DNA of 64,000 bases from Ptychomitrium polyphyllum (taxonomy: Eukaryota): contig OZ316776.1 of the NCBI GenBank assembly GCA_973851085.1, positions 11,222,001 to 11,286,000 on the forward strand. Reading direction: 5' to 3'. This document shows positions 25,963-40,427 of the stretch, in pieces. A model generated the notes under the pieces. That model did no database searches and was not told the DNA's origin. It saw only the letters and a list, made by a program, of their open reading frames with translations. Position 1 is the stretch's first letter; each line of letters opens with the position of its first letter. The translations under genes were made by a program, and so were the position numbers.

Positions 25963-28936
25963 GCCTGCAAGGATACTAAGGGTTTTTTTGCAGTTTTGAT
26001 CCTGGCGGGTTATCATTAGGCTCCATGAGAGCAATATGTACAATCTGGACTCCTCCCAAAATTCCCACCTACAAGCTTAAGAGCTTTAGGAACGCCTTCT
26101 GCAATTGTAGCTTCTGTGTGAATTAAAAAGAACTGATTACCCTACCTGTACTTAGATGAGCATAAATGATATTAATCAGAAAGAAAAGGATATCTAGTGG
26201 ATAGACAGGATAGATCAGTTTGAGCTTCAATTGTATGCTGGTGGTGAATCCTCTCTGCAGGATATGTCACCTTTTGTACAAGGATTCCTGTTTAATGTTA
26301 ACATAGCGGGTCATTTTTGAGGATTATCTGAAGGTGTACAATGCAGTCGATGATTTCGGTTTGTTAATAGTTAAAGTCATATCTTAGTTACTTTTTTGGA
26401 AATGTGAACCTGGCCTGTAGCCCCAAGTGTCCAAGTAACTTGAAGCTACAGTAACTCTTGCTTAACGTGTGTACAACCGGGCTCACATGATAATCTTGTA
26501 ATCAAGATACCTCTCAAGAACTTGGGATGGATTATGTTATAACCAAAGAAGTCTCTTGGACTACGGTGCATCAGGGTCAAGATTACAATATTCTCTATTC
26601 AAACAGATGGTAATTAATCCTATGGAGAACGATGTTTTCCAACTTGTACTGATACGGTAATCACTAGGTGAATCTTGCTTGACTGGTAATGGGCCATTAA
26701 AAGAAGCCTACACATCGCTGCTTCAGTTCGCCGTCAAAATAAGAACATTTCTAACTGAAGGGTTTTATATGGTAGCCCTTAAACCTCTGAGTCTTCATCC
26801 GATTTGTTACACCTGTTTTACGACTGACCCACAACAGCAGCTCACAATCATTACTTGAAATTTCATCAAACTACTGCATGTACGGTATATGATGTGGTTT
26901 GCTAAAAACTGGTACTGTTTCCATCCCACTGCATTACAGGATTCAAAAAGTAACTTGGGTTAATAATCATCCCCAAGTAATCGTCTACAATTTGGAGCAA
27001 CGACGTGAGTGTAAAGTTGTGAACGGTAAAACAAACCCAAATGACCCATAATGCCACGTGGGAGGTGGTTATAATGGAACCTGAATATTGGAATATGACT
27101 TTGGTGGGAAAGCGGCTTTACCTAGGTCAGACGTTGCCTCAACCCTCTTCTGCTTCACGGTTTCTCTCCTTTCATTACACTCCTTTGTATGTACCTATCC
27201 TTCTTCAACTCAGACTTCTACTGCTCTGCCCACTTTCTTCTTCCTTTGTCGCAAACACTGCAGGCCCAATGAGTTTCAAAGGAGCACAGCGTTTCCCTTG
27301 AGCATTGCTAGCCGCCCTGGGAGAATGAAAGCAGGCACTTCAGTTGAGGATTGTGACGAATGTGAACTCTGGATTGACATGGAATTTTTGGAAAGTGTGG
27401 GTGCAATGATCAACGTTTGACAGGGTTTTCATGAATTCCTGTGCGATGCTGGCGCTGGAAACAGATAACTGCTGGAAATATGGGGGGAGAGGGTTTTAGT
27501 GAGGATTATGGAGGATTATGCCCAAGGGTTTATGGAGGACCAATGCTTCTGTGTTATTGAGAGCAGGACGATGTCACACTCCTGATTGGAATCTTGTTTT
27601 GATTCTGCAGATGGTAAGTCGCTAAACAAGCTTCATTTGTGAGATTTTGCATGTTTAGAGTGAAATGTAATATAACTTCTACAATACTGTAAGAGCAATG
27701 ATGATTATGCTTAAAATATATCAACATTTGTATCACCTTTTGACAGTCAATGGATGAAAGAATTATGTGTTTGTAGTGTAGATTATGTCATGGCAACATG
27801 TTTTAGAACTCTTGATATTATAAATGGCCTTTTAAGAAATCATTCTCTTAAGTACATATGTATTGTATGAAAATATAGCATGCAATTTTGAATTTTTTTA
27901 GTGACCATATATATCAGTGAAAAAGCTGTTATTAAAAATGTGATGATTGAGAATTTTTATGTATTAAAATTTTATAAAATCTATTGAATTACAAAGCTTT
28001 GGTTCAATTTACAAGAGCAATTCAGAAGTTAACAGAGTGAATTTGCAATATTCCATTTTGCCACAATCATATATATGGAAAATAAACATATACATGTGAT
28101 ATTCAGAAATTAGGTCAACAAAGATGATCCATGGACGTTTAGTAAACTCACAAGCAACAATCAAAAATATTTTGAAACATACTTTTAATATTTTTATATG
28201 AATTAAATTATATGTTAAGAATGGACTTATTCCTTGTCCTTATATTTTGTAATCTTAAGTCTTTACTGTAATGGAATTATGAAAAATAATTCAATTTAAT
28301 CATTGTTCTTTATTTATGATGTCAAATTTGGTAAGTTTATGAACTAAACTATTTTAAGAAATTAAATTATTAATAATCAAATTGATAAAAGTTTGATACA
28401 CTCTTATTTTCTTAAATTTTGTTATTGTGCAATTGCATTAAAGATTGTTAGGTGCATATTTTGAATTTAACTTTAGATAACAAGGATTTTCTTAATATTT
28501 GTACTAAATCTTAGAACTTTCCAACAAATATTGTTTTCAAAATCCTAAATGAATCATGTACTTTGAATACAATAATAAAAAAAAAAATATTTAAAAAAAT
28601 GGGTTCATCCTTAAGCACATCCAAAAGTGAATTATAGCTAGAATTTAGGGTTTTAGAATTCATGAATGCTATACAAGAGAATGTATAATAATTTATTTTA
28701 TATCTGTAGTGATTCTAAAGTTAATAAACATCGATATCTTTTTTTTCTATTAATTCATTGGTATATATCATAAAAAGCTCATATGTCTTTTTAATTAAGA
28801 ATGAAGATTAGAATGAATTGAATTTTTTTCTTTATAAGCTCACAAAGAATTTGGTATGGAATGATGCCCCAAAGGAAGTTATGTTTTTTCAATTAACATA
28901 ATGTAGAATCTTTTTTAGGATTTATAATAAACAAAG

Positions 28937-31900
28937 ATGGAAGCTCAAGGCCAAAGATTGGGAGCAATTTTTCCGGGTTATAATGGACCAACATTACCGC
29001 GATCTATACGTTCTTCTCGAGTAAGTATTATTCTTCATAACACCAACCATTTTATAAATAGAAGGTTTAGTAAAAAGGGTTGTAGTATTTCTATGAAAAA
29101 AGCTGATCTAAAATTTAATTATTTTTTATTCTAAAACATAGAATGCTTTTAGCTTAAATTCCTTATATTCAAAAATCTAAAGAGTCAATTTTGATAAATT
29201 TGGATTTCAATATTTATGAAGTATGTGTTACATTACATTTGCATTGCAGGGTAAAGGAGAATTGTTAAAACGACAATCTAATTGTGGAGATCGACCTGGA
29301 TTTTTTGAGCTTCTTGCAACTGTAGCGGGTCAATTCCTTCAGAATGACGAGGTTGTCCATGAAGACAACAATGTTATGGAACACAGGAAACCAACAAATG
29401 AGGTGAATCCTTCGGTGATGAACACCAAGACTTTGCAGAATATGCACATGATTATGCAACAATCTCCAGAAGGTTCAACAGAAACGTCCTTTCTACCTCC
29501 ACATGCTGAAAAAACAGTGTTTCAAAAGCCCGGAAATTGCTTTGGACAAGTTGTAATCCGCAACTGTGCAAAATTATCAAGATGCAATTCCTTCATGGTG
29601 CATGAACTTTGTATTCCTTCTTTTGTCAAGAATATCATGATGGATGAATCAACATACCAGCAGAATGTTACATCTTCAAGCAAAAAAGTAAGAATTACAT
29701 GTTGAAGAATGTTGTAGACTGAAGCTTTTACATGACACTATAATGTATAAGCATTGTTTATGTGTAATGATAGTACCAATTATGAAGCTTTCTCATATAC
29801 AATTCTTGTTATGATAGTTATAAGTGTTACACAGTGTACTTTTCACTTTCAAATGAACCAGTTATATATTCCTTTTAAGGTATGATAGATTTCTAATGTA
29901 GTTTTATGAAAAATTCAATTCTTTAGGATCAACCACATAAATCTGATTTGGAACTTGAAGAGCCAATGCTTATGGAACATGATAACGTTTTTAAAATTAT
30001 CAACAAGACAAGTGACTTTACAAAAAGTGAGAAGCATGTATTTCCAAAAGATTTACAAATAAAAATTGCACATGGGAGCATTGCATCAATGTGTTCAAAC
30101 CAAATAGAAAACTCTGCACTAAAAGAAACTTTGAACAGTGGTGAACAACTTTTTACATTGAATCAATCACACAATTCTATATGTGAAACTCACAATTCAT
30201 TCTGCAATTTAGGATTGACCATGGAAATCTTCAATGCATTAAATGGAACAAATGAACCAACTTCTTTTATTGAAAATAACAAAGTCAAACCTAACAAGCT
30301 GGATGGAAATTTTGATACATTTTCCTCAAGCAAAGCAAACATTGAACATATAGAAAATAACTTTGCAGATGAAGCTTTTAAGGCCACAGAACAGAATCAG
30401 AATTTAATTGATCTGGAAACCATGAGTACTGATCAAATTCATTCAGATTGCCCAAATCACTATGAATACATCAGTCCTTTGGAAAACACATCACACAATA
30501 ATTCCAAGCAAATAGAAGAAGAACATGATGACATGAAAAATGACCTTACTATTCAAAAGCATGCAAAGTTTGATAAAAAGGATAAAGTTGAAGGGCAACG
30601 GTCTTCTCAACGCCTCCTTCATGAAGCAATGACCAAAAAATTGTTGGAAACAAATACAATTGGTTTAAGACCTTCTAGAATGACTACTAGTTGCAATAAT
30701 TCATTAGAATCCAAAGAAAAATCTAAAGAAGATGAAGTGAAACCTATTGGTAATGAATGTCAATCCAATTTATTCTTAAATGTTTGTGAAGTAAAAACGA
30801 ATATGTATTCAAATGTTGATCAATTTTGGGAGATTCTTTAGGAATACTAGATTTGATATTGATTAGGATTGTTAACAAAAATAACATGATTCAACAACAA
30901 TGCAGAGCTGAAACATGTTCACTGCTATTATTTGTATTTACAAATAAAGTGTGGAATTGGATGACTAATGGGATAGAAATCTTCTACTTTTATATTGTAG
31001 GAAATGTGCCCGCTGTGTCTACAAAACAAACATTTTTCAATGGCATTGCTGCTTTTACACGACAAAGGACAAGTCGAAGATTGCCTTTAAAACGGAAGAG
31101 ATTAGAGGATGGTGATACATGTTCATCTGATTTACACTTGAAAACAAGTAATCCTATGGATGTAGGATATGATGGAGTGTATGGTGAACCTCCTGCAGCT
31201 GCAGCAAAATTGCGCAGTGGTATCTTTTTAAAAAGTTTTAATTTCCATTGTTATTTTAAATACTTATGTTGATTTTGTCAGTATAATTACTTTTATATAT
31301 ATATTTAGGCATGTATGTATGCATATGTATACAAGTACATTTAAAACTAAGCATACCTAATCAGACATCAAACAACTAAAAAGTGATTTTTTTGTAGCCA
31401 AAGCTGCAAGTGTAGCATCTTCACCAACATCTAGAGGAACTTCAAAATCATCTACAAAAAAGTTTATTGAACCTCATGGTAAAAGTAACAGTTTTATTGA
31501 GTTTTCATGATAAGCTTATACTAACATAATTTGCATACAGAACATTAAAGTTAGCAGTTACAAGATTATGAATATGATCCACTTTTGTCTGATATGTGCT
31601 TTTAAGAAGCTAAACTATCTCAAAAACTTGCAGTGAAATTTGGTATAAAATCTTTCACAATACCAGAGTTTTTTGTCGATCTCCCTGAATCAGCATCCAT
31701 ATTAACTCTTAAAGTAAGTAAACACGCCTTATGAAGTTGACAAAATCTTGTATTCACAATATGTTACCTAATGTTCAACATATAATTTCAACTATCAGAA
31801 GAATATCTATTCAAGACAAAACAACAAATTTTAAGATGACGATTAGACTTGCAAATGTAACTAAAAAACATGATTTGGCCACGTTAAAAAAGTACATGGA

Positions 31901-33945
31901 GATTTATTTGTTCTTGATAATTTGTTTTATTTTATTTTATTTTATTTGCAGAGAGTGGTTATGGATGCAGCAATAAATTTGCTTGGAGGGGGATTACGAG
32001 TACGTGTGTTGATGCATGGAAAGAAGGTTATCAATGAAGGAGCAACTTTATGTCAAACTGGCATTTCTAGAAGTTTGAAGCCAGAGTCACTGGGTTTTAT
32101 GTTAGAGCCTAGTCCAATTCCAACTTCTTCAAATTCAACTTTTGAGGATCCATTCCTTGTACTTTCAAGGCCTACCAACCAAACATCACCTCGGTATTTA
32201 CCAAAATATTACAAGCAAGGCATTTAATATACCATATTTCTACTTGCAATGAAGTGTTTGTTTTAGTTAGTATGGATTTGGCAGCTTTACAAAGAAATTG
32301 AATGCACCACTTTATCTTTTTATAGAAATTCTTAACATGTTTATAGTGTAAAGTTATTTCAACTTTTTTAATTTACAAATGTGCAATAAAACAGTTGTCA
32401 AGTTGTTTCTTTGAACAAATTCAAACTTCTTAAAAAGAAATCGTGAGATTTTCATAAAAATAAGAAAAATGAACACAAAATAAATACCATATTGTATAAC
32501 ATGCAGATTTCAAGCTTTTGGTGTGTCAAATTATTCTCATTGTCAAGGAATTGAAGCTGGGAGTCAAGGAATAACGTACAGTAAAGGTAACTCTAGCACG
32601 GTGATTGAAGGTTGTTCACTGCATGAGGATGATCCCCCATTTTCACAATCTCAACTGTGCGGAGTTGATCAACAAGCTTCATATATGAGTCAAAAAAAAA
32701 ATACCACAACAATTTCATATTCTACCACACTGCATGATGACCAGTCAAAAGGCAATAACATCAATGTCGGGAAAACTACTACAACTACAAAATCCAATTT
32801 GACTGAACGGATTGCCTTATCTCCGCATTCAACTCGCGTGGCTGCTGTTGGGGCCTTGGCTGCTATTCGTGCTCAAGCTGATGCAAACCGCCGCTTAAAA
32901 AATGACATTGACACACCATTGTTGTCTAATAATCATACCCTTCACGATACGTCAGGAGGTGCATCTGGTGCTATTATATTGCATCCTAGTATAGGAATGC
33001 AAGATAATATGCATGGGTTGGCTTTGGTATCCATGCAACAAAAGTCACGATCGTTAGATATTGGAAAACGACGTGTTCGTCGACCATTTTGTGTTGCTGA
33101 GGTGGAAGCACTTGTTCATGCTGTAGAGAAGTTGGGTACTGGAAGGTATCTTGAAAATGATATTTGGAAGCTATTTGATAAGTTTATTGCATTAGCAATG
33201 GATAACTTTAAACAACACAGTTTTTTATGCAGTATTATAAATATGAAAATTGAAATAGCCAGCGTCTATTTTACCTTACTGAAAGAGTTCATACAAAAAT
33301 TGTACTAAAATATTGATATTATGATCACAAAAGAAATTAAAGTACAACATGAAGTTATAAAAGCTCTTCTTGAATATGTTAGAGAGTACCATACATTGTA
33401 ATAAATGATTTTTTTGGATTTTGATAAGGTGGCGGGATGTAAAATTACGAGCATTTGAACAAGCGAAACATCGAACTTATGTTGACCTTAAAGTAAATAA
33501 ATTCCCAGTACTTTTGATAATTTTGCACATCACTTTTGAAGCAAAGATATATTTAGTAGTTTATAGAGCTTTATATTGAAGCATTTAGTCATATGGTAAT
33601 TGTAAATATTTCATAAAGTAAAAAATTACATAAATCAATTCCAATTTCACATAAAAGAAAAACTTATTGTAAAATAAACAATAATAAAAGTGAGAAAATT
33701 GCTATGTAAATCATAACAATACCATTTGATATATTGTTTTTAAAATTTTAATTATATACCATTCAATATGTTAATATGTTGACATTAAATAGGATAAATG
33801 GAAGACATTAGTACATACAGCTCGTATTGCTCCGCATCAACGGAGGGGGGAGCCAGTTCCTCAAGAATTATTGGAAAGGGTAACACATGCGCATACATAT
33901 TGGACAGCTCAAGCTGCTAAACAACAAGCAGAATTGGATTTTTAA
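28937..33945 (+). CDS. TRF-like telomere repeat-binding protein (TRP1/TBP1 family) with ubiquitin-like domain, C-terminal telobox Myb and Myb-extension. A probable non-coding leader exon lies near 27100-27612.
   Basis: N-terminal LPRSIRSSR|GK and FFELLATVAGQFL. Central VKFGIKSFTIPEFFVDLPESASILTLK|RVVMDAAINLLGGGLRVRV. C-terminal RRVRRPFCVAEVEALVHAVEKLGTGR|WRDVKLRAFEQAKHRTYVDLK|DKWKTLVHTARIAPHQRRGEPVPQELLERV. Confidence 0.93.
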
Positions 33946-35673
33946 TTTGTTTGAATTGCATGATGTATTGCAAACAATAGCAAGAGAGATCCAACATACT
34001 TTTTGGTTAGCAAAGCACGTTGCTAATGTTTATTAAAGTTTCATAGAATTTAAAGCTTAAAAAATCTTACATAATTTTAAAAGCATTGTGCACTAAGAAA
34101 ATGATATGTTTGATACAATGATACATACACTCAAATTTTGATAATTATAGGTTTATTGTTTAACTTTTGTAACTTAAAATCTTATTTCAAAATCTTCAAA
34201 TGTTATATGACTCTACAATGTTGACACAAAATGTTATATATATGTTATGTAGCATATTCACAATGTCATTATAATGATGATTAAAACTTAAACTATTATT
34301 ATGATTATGCCTATTTTAAGGTAGACATTTAATGTTATTGCAATGTATGTAAGATTTCAAAACAAATACAATTTCAATACATAGTTTGTTTCAAACTATA
34401 GCTTTTTTGAAATACAACATAAATATGTTAAACATTTTGGTCATTTTAGACATGTATAGGCTTTTAAGAATTAATTAAAGGAGTTTTTTGGTTGTTAGGT
34501 GTTATTTTATAAAATGATTGAATTTTTACTAAAGACTATTATAGCAAGAACCTTATAAAAGTTTGTCAAAAAGGTATTGCTTATACATTTGAAAAAGATT
34601 ATCTTTGATAGTGATGACAATTTAAGTAAATTTATTCCATTTGACTTTGTAAAATGCATACACGTTATGAAATGGCATGAACTCTTTTCCTTTTATTTAT
34701 TAGCTTATTATAAATACAAAGAAAAAAACTTTAACAATATTCAAATTGTAGAACCTTAGTGAATTTAGACCAAATAACTAACCATTTTTTCAAAGTTGTC
34801 GTGAATGGAGGTCAAAGACTAAACTAAAATCAATATTCCTTAATTTAAAAATTAAACTTGAATCTTAAAATATGAAATTGATATTTAATTTCATTTCAAA
34901 ACAATATGTTTATTTTAAAAGCGTTTCAAGTTTAGTTTGTTAACGAATTGAGGTGTTAAATATCAAGATTAATCATGCTTATATTTCACTTTTTTTTATT
35001 TAAAAATTATACAAGTATTGAAAGTAATTGTATTTTAAAAATAATTATGTAATAGGTTTAGAATTAAAACTAGATTTAAGATAAAACCTTATTTACAATG
35101 GTTATAATAAAATCGTATTAAAAAAAATTAATTTAGCTAAAAAAAATCTCCTTAAATCTTTTGAAATGAGTTGCAAAAGTAGGTTAAATCACTTTAAAAT
35201 GATTTATAAATTAATTATAATTATTATCATCCAAATATGTGTTTAAACAAAATATACATCCTTTGATTTAAATAAAGTTTTGAGATACCTTCATTCATAT
35301 TTAGAATCTTATCTCAATCTCATATTAAGATCTTTTTTATTTTAAATTCTTACATTTAAATGAAATTATAAGCACTATTGTATTATCATTATAGAAAAAA
35401 AAAGCATTTTGATTAATCATAAAATAGATTTCACAATGAAAATGTTGTAATTAATACATTCTACTGCACTTGGATTAAAGTGCTCCAAATTTTCTTATCA
35501 TACATGTTAGTAATGTCGCTCAACTCTATGAAGCCACATGTGAGAATCAACGCCACTATTTTGATGTCCTCCTATGACACGTTAGATTCTTTTTAACAGC
35601 AATTGATAATTAGTATTAGGCCCTCCATTGACTGTGGGCTGTGGTGTCACAAGCACTTGTGAACTTCATGACT

Positions 35674-35740
35674 AAGACAAGCAAGACAAGCAAGACAAGC
35701 AAGACAAGCAAGACAAGCAAGACAAGCAAGACAAGCAAGC
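35674..35740. repeat. Perfect 9-bp tandem repeat (AAGACAAGC)x7
   Basis: Read directly from the sequence. Confidence 0.95.
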
Positions 35741-36432
35741 ATGTGTGCATATTGCATTGAAGTCCCATTAGCTTCAATATATTCGAGTGCACCCTTGCCA
35801 AAAGTTTTCTAGAATGTTACAGCAATTTAATGTTCTAAGATATACAGTTGTCCAACAGAGAAAGCATAAGTATATTCAATAATTTTCTTCATTTTTAAAA
35901 TTACTTGAACCTACATACACAACACAGACATTGACCAAGTTTGAAAATTAGGCACCAAATCATATGCCAATGCTCTAGAAATTCCACGTTATAATTGTCA
36001 GAATTATTACGAGGCTCCAAAGAACTATAATGTTGAGACACACATGCTGACACAAACACGCTTTACCAGTCCCACAGTATAAACAAACACTTCTAAACCC
36101 ATGCTTATGAAAGTTTTCACTGTCCTCTCAATTCTGAACTACAATACCTGTAATATCTATAAGACGATAGTCCTGTGTATCATTGTAGTGCCCAATCATG
36201 TAACTCAATAAGTGAATGATTCAAAAATACACAGACGTCCAGATTATCACAAAGTTCAATTGGCTGCTGGTGCAAAAAATCAAATGGAGAAAACAGGTAC
36301 AATTTCATTGAATGATACATTCCCCACAATACAATAATATTCACCTCCACCCGCAGGGCGGAAGTTCAATGACGGGGTTGATAGTAACTTAAAATAATTC
36401 CTGGGATATTTTGTGTGACAAACTTATGAGCT

Positions 36433-39400
36433 TTAAACGACAAACTTTCCAAGACAAATTCCGCTGAATAACAGGGCACCAAGCCATTTATTCGAAATAA
36501 ACCTGCCAGGACAAATGCAACATTAACAGCATAAGGGTGCACAGGTGATCGGCATGAGGAAATGGGACGACCTCTTACTCAAATTTAGTGCATCATAAAG
36601 CAGTTCTTCTTAATTCCACAAACCACTTCTTTTGTATGCAAACGCCATGTAGTTACCGATAACGCTACTGTGTCGTCACGTCAATTACCACTGCATGAGA
36701 ACATACAGAATAAAATGACTCAAATCCTGAAGTTCAAAAAAATCTTACTTATCGTTGCAATCCGTTCGATTTTGAGTGTCGACAGTAGAGACTTGCCAGC
36801 CCAAGTGTCCAGCGGTAGCTGCCACACCAACATAGAATGGCCAGCCTGATTTTGCAAAGCAGACACCATAGTTTGTAAATTATAAAGTACATTCTCAGTT
36901 GTTTGTTGGGAGGAAATTTATAACTATCTCAAAAAGCAATCTTTCTCTTAGTATCACATAAACAACAACAAAAATGTAGAGGCAATGATGCACTAAACCT
37001 TTGAACGAACAATTTGTACATCAAAACAAATTCAAATTCTGATTCGACCCGTAAGTTACCAAGTGCTGCGTTGTAACCAGCAAGGCTCATTCCAGTAACA
37101 CATGCAATGCTGAACCCTGTGAGCCACGACCGAGTGTTATCGCCAAACCGTAGAGCCGTTGACTTGACGCCAACCTTGGTGTCATCTACCTTATCTTGAT
37201 GAGCATATATTGTGTCATACACAAGAGTCCAGCACACACCCGAGAGATAAAGAGGAAGAACAACTGATGGGTCAAGGCCTCCTCTCACTGCTGCCCACCC
37301 AAGCAATGCGCCCCAGTTGAATGTCAAGCCTAAGTATGCTTGTGGCTGCATCCAAAGTCCTTCATTACTCAGCCTCTTGTAATTTTATCGTGTTCAAGTT
37401 GCCACAAAAACATGCTTGTGTTTGCACTTAGCGCACGATTACATATGTGTATATTCTCTTAAAAGGAAAGTCAACAATTTTCAGAGATGTCTACAGGAAA
37501 GGTTAAAAGGCTACTGAAGCTGATGCAATATAATCAAAGACAGGGGAGCAAGAATAGTGCCTTACCCAGAATGTCCAACGCTTCATAAGAGGATATGTGC
37601 CCACAAGGAGTAAGGAAGATGCTCCCAGTACTTGGCTGCACGATGACCAACACGGAGTGCAAGTGTTAGACTGCTGTTCTACAGAACATTAATCACACTA
37701 CCCAGCTATATCAATCACACTGGCCTAAAACACATTTGGCTGAGACAAAGAGCCCCATTTAAAAACAATGCAACATATTTGGCATCATTGAAGAACAGAT
37801 CATAGCATTCTTGAACAGCAGTATGGACTACCCTTTTAACCAACAGTTGGAAATGCTAACTAAGCATATTTGGCAACGGCATGGTGCTTTGTGATTTCAT
37901 GCAACAGATGTAGCATTTGCTCATGAGTTAGAAAACTAGATCTCATCAGAATCTTTGTCGAATCCAATTTCCAAAAGTGTAGTCGCCTCCATTGTTCTAC
38001 AATGCTATGATACAAAGCGCCCAAGGGAACAAGAAAGACCATAAGACAAGACTCTTGAGGCAAACTACAACGAAGAAAGATTGCACAAATATGTTCTATA
38101 ACCGCTAGAGAAGTATGTGAGTTCGCAAAACACACGAATCAGCATGGTACGCAAGAGACACGATTTTATTAAGCAAGGTCGGAATTGTGAAAAGCTACTA
38201 CACTGATTGAATTCATAGGAAATGGCTGATCTGATGTTACCTGTAAGTGTTCAACTGGAGCAAGATGCCCAACCCTAACAGCAGCTGAAATCCCAAGAAT
38301 GTCAACCCTTGAAAAGGAGTCAGTGCCCCAGATACAATAGGTCGCAACTTAGTCCTCTCCACCTGCAAGCTCAAATAAAATTGTCCTATCAGCTTCTCCA
38401 AGAAACGAGATCCAAAATTTTATTACAAAAATAATAAGTCCATACCAGCGTGGACATCTTTGTATGCAATTGAGCCCACATCGTACGAGTTTGAACTGCT
38501 ACAAAGAAAAACTTCGCAAAGTAGATCCAAATCTGCACTTAGAGTAGACCACGTGCCTCCATACGTCTAAAAGGCGAGAGGCCTTCAATGACTAGTGCAA
38601 ATCTTTTAGAGGATCTGATAAATTCAACACTGATTGAGTGACTCTCGCACCATGCTTCTCACCTTTCCATCAATGTCGCGGTCCAGCAAGTCGTTCACAG
38701 TGCAACCAGCACCGCGCAATAGTATTGCTCCTACACCAAACAGCGTAAGCAACTTCAAATCAGGATACCCCCCATCTTCAGCTGCCATGGCGATCGACCT
38801 GTACAGATTAAAAGCCAGCGTCCAGATCAGCTCTCAAACCATCTCCTATATTTGCCAACTAAAAAACCCATATGCAAACTGCACAACTGGCTGGAGTGAC
38901 ATATGTATGCTGCATTAACCATTAGATTCTTTGACAGGAACTTAGAATCATTTAGAACTTCTGAAGCCTGGCACAAATCAAAGACAACAGATGATTACCA
39001 GAAGCAAGGCCATGCCAGCAGCCAAGTTCCAATAGGTTTATCAAGCCGCGCCAGATACGCATAAGGTTTGAGCTGGTTGGGTAAAACTTTCTCAATCCAT
39101 GATACTCCACTAACCCTTGCTGCTGCATTTGTCTTCTTAGCTTGTGCAACTTCCTCGTCAGAATCCGCCGAAACTCCCGCATTACTGGCAGTCGAAAAGG
39201 ACGCCGACTCATGCCTTCCTCTGCTAAAGGGACCTAATAATACCACCTGAGGTATACGCCCACAAAGAAACTGCTCTTGCTTTAGTTCTCTGTACACATT
39301 GGAGTTACCCCGCAAGTGACTGAGAGAAGAAGCACCCACTTGCAATGCATTCCAAAACCCTGAAGTGGGAGAATGCAGTCTTGTTTGAGAATTCGGTTCC

Positions 39401-39795
39401 TCATCGGACACTCGGATCTCGAAAGTCGACGGACAAAATTTGTGAGCGAGGCATCGTGATGTCTTCTCAAACAAGTAGCAATCGACTTTCCACGGAGACG
39501 AATCCACTCTCATGCCCGTTTCTCTTGAAAGTACCATCCCACTCCTAATCCTAAAATCTCCCTCGATCGATCCATCTCTCGCTCCCCACTCGTCGCCACC
39601 AAAACACTCAAAAAGCAAGAAAGGACTACGCACAGAATGCGTATGATCATGCCCAAGCTCCCTGAATTGCACACCAGGGGCAGCTCTCTCACCATCCAAC
39701 CCAGAATTCAAATGCGCAGACAGATATCTGCTCGCGCCCTGACAGAACCGCCGCATGTGCGACACGCCCTGCGAATTGCCGCGGGCGAGCGCCAT
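36433..39795 (-). CDS. COQ2: 4-hydroxybenzoate polyprenyltransferase (UbiA/COQ2, mitochondrial), multi-exon
   Basis: [98 protein letters not shown], terminal [15 protein letters not shown]. The N-terminus resembles a presequence. Confidence 0.96.
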
Positions 39796-40312
39796 GGTGT
39801 CCTCTCACAACCATCCGCTCACATCACCAGCTGACCCCACATCATGGGCCACATCCACCCACGCCCACTGAATTCCTAACCAAACTGTCATCAACCGCAC
39901 TGACTCTCACATCGAACTCTCAACTGCACACCCATCTTCTCATTAAAACCTCCGTAGAAATCGCAGCACAGCACCGCCACCATCTTCATGGCAGCCATCC
40001 ACGGCATCATCACAGATGGAAAGATGATGCAGAAAACCTTCACGACTGGACTTACTGCCAATTCAGCTAACCTCCACTACGGCAATCTCCTCGGCCAATT
40101 CAGAGAAGGACTCACTGCGCTCCATCTCGGAGACAAGAGTTGAAGCTGGTGTGCTCGGTTTCCATGGCCTTGGCTTCAGTAACTGCTATCGTACCGAGAA
40201 CCCTCTCTCTGGAATCTACTCCCCGGATAGATATCACGATGTGGCTCTGCAACTAGGGCTGAGGGTTTTGTGAGAAATCTACCAAATAGACTTGTCGCTG
40301 GAGCTCTGGGTT

Positions 40313-40320
40313 TAGGGTTT
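40313..40320 (+). promoter_or_regulatory. Telo-box (TAGGGTTT) upstream of the DEAD-box helicase
   Basis: gggtttagggtttag about 110 bp before the ATG of a ribosome-biogenesis-type helicase. Confidence 0.55.
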
Positions 40321-40427
40321 AGCGATCCGGGGGCGAAGTGTTGGGCAGAGCGATTTAGTCATGTTGTATCTGTGTTTCGTCCAGTGTAGCGTTATTGTTT
40401 GATGTGTAGGAGGCCCAGTTCGTTGCA

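Noticed and set aside
31219..31397. GTATCTTT donor in the TRF-like gene as a U12 intron
   Set aside because: There is no CCTTRAC branch point and the acceptor is a normal T-rich U2 type.
35616..35801. ORF with (LLV)n as a membrane peptide
   Set aside because: It is a translation of the 9-bp microsatellite, with a non-ATG start and no other support.
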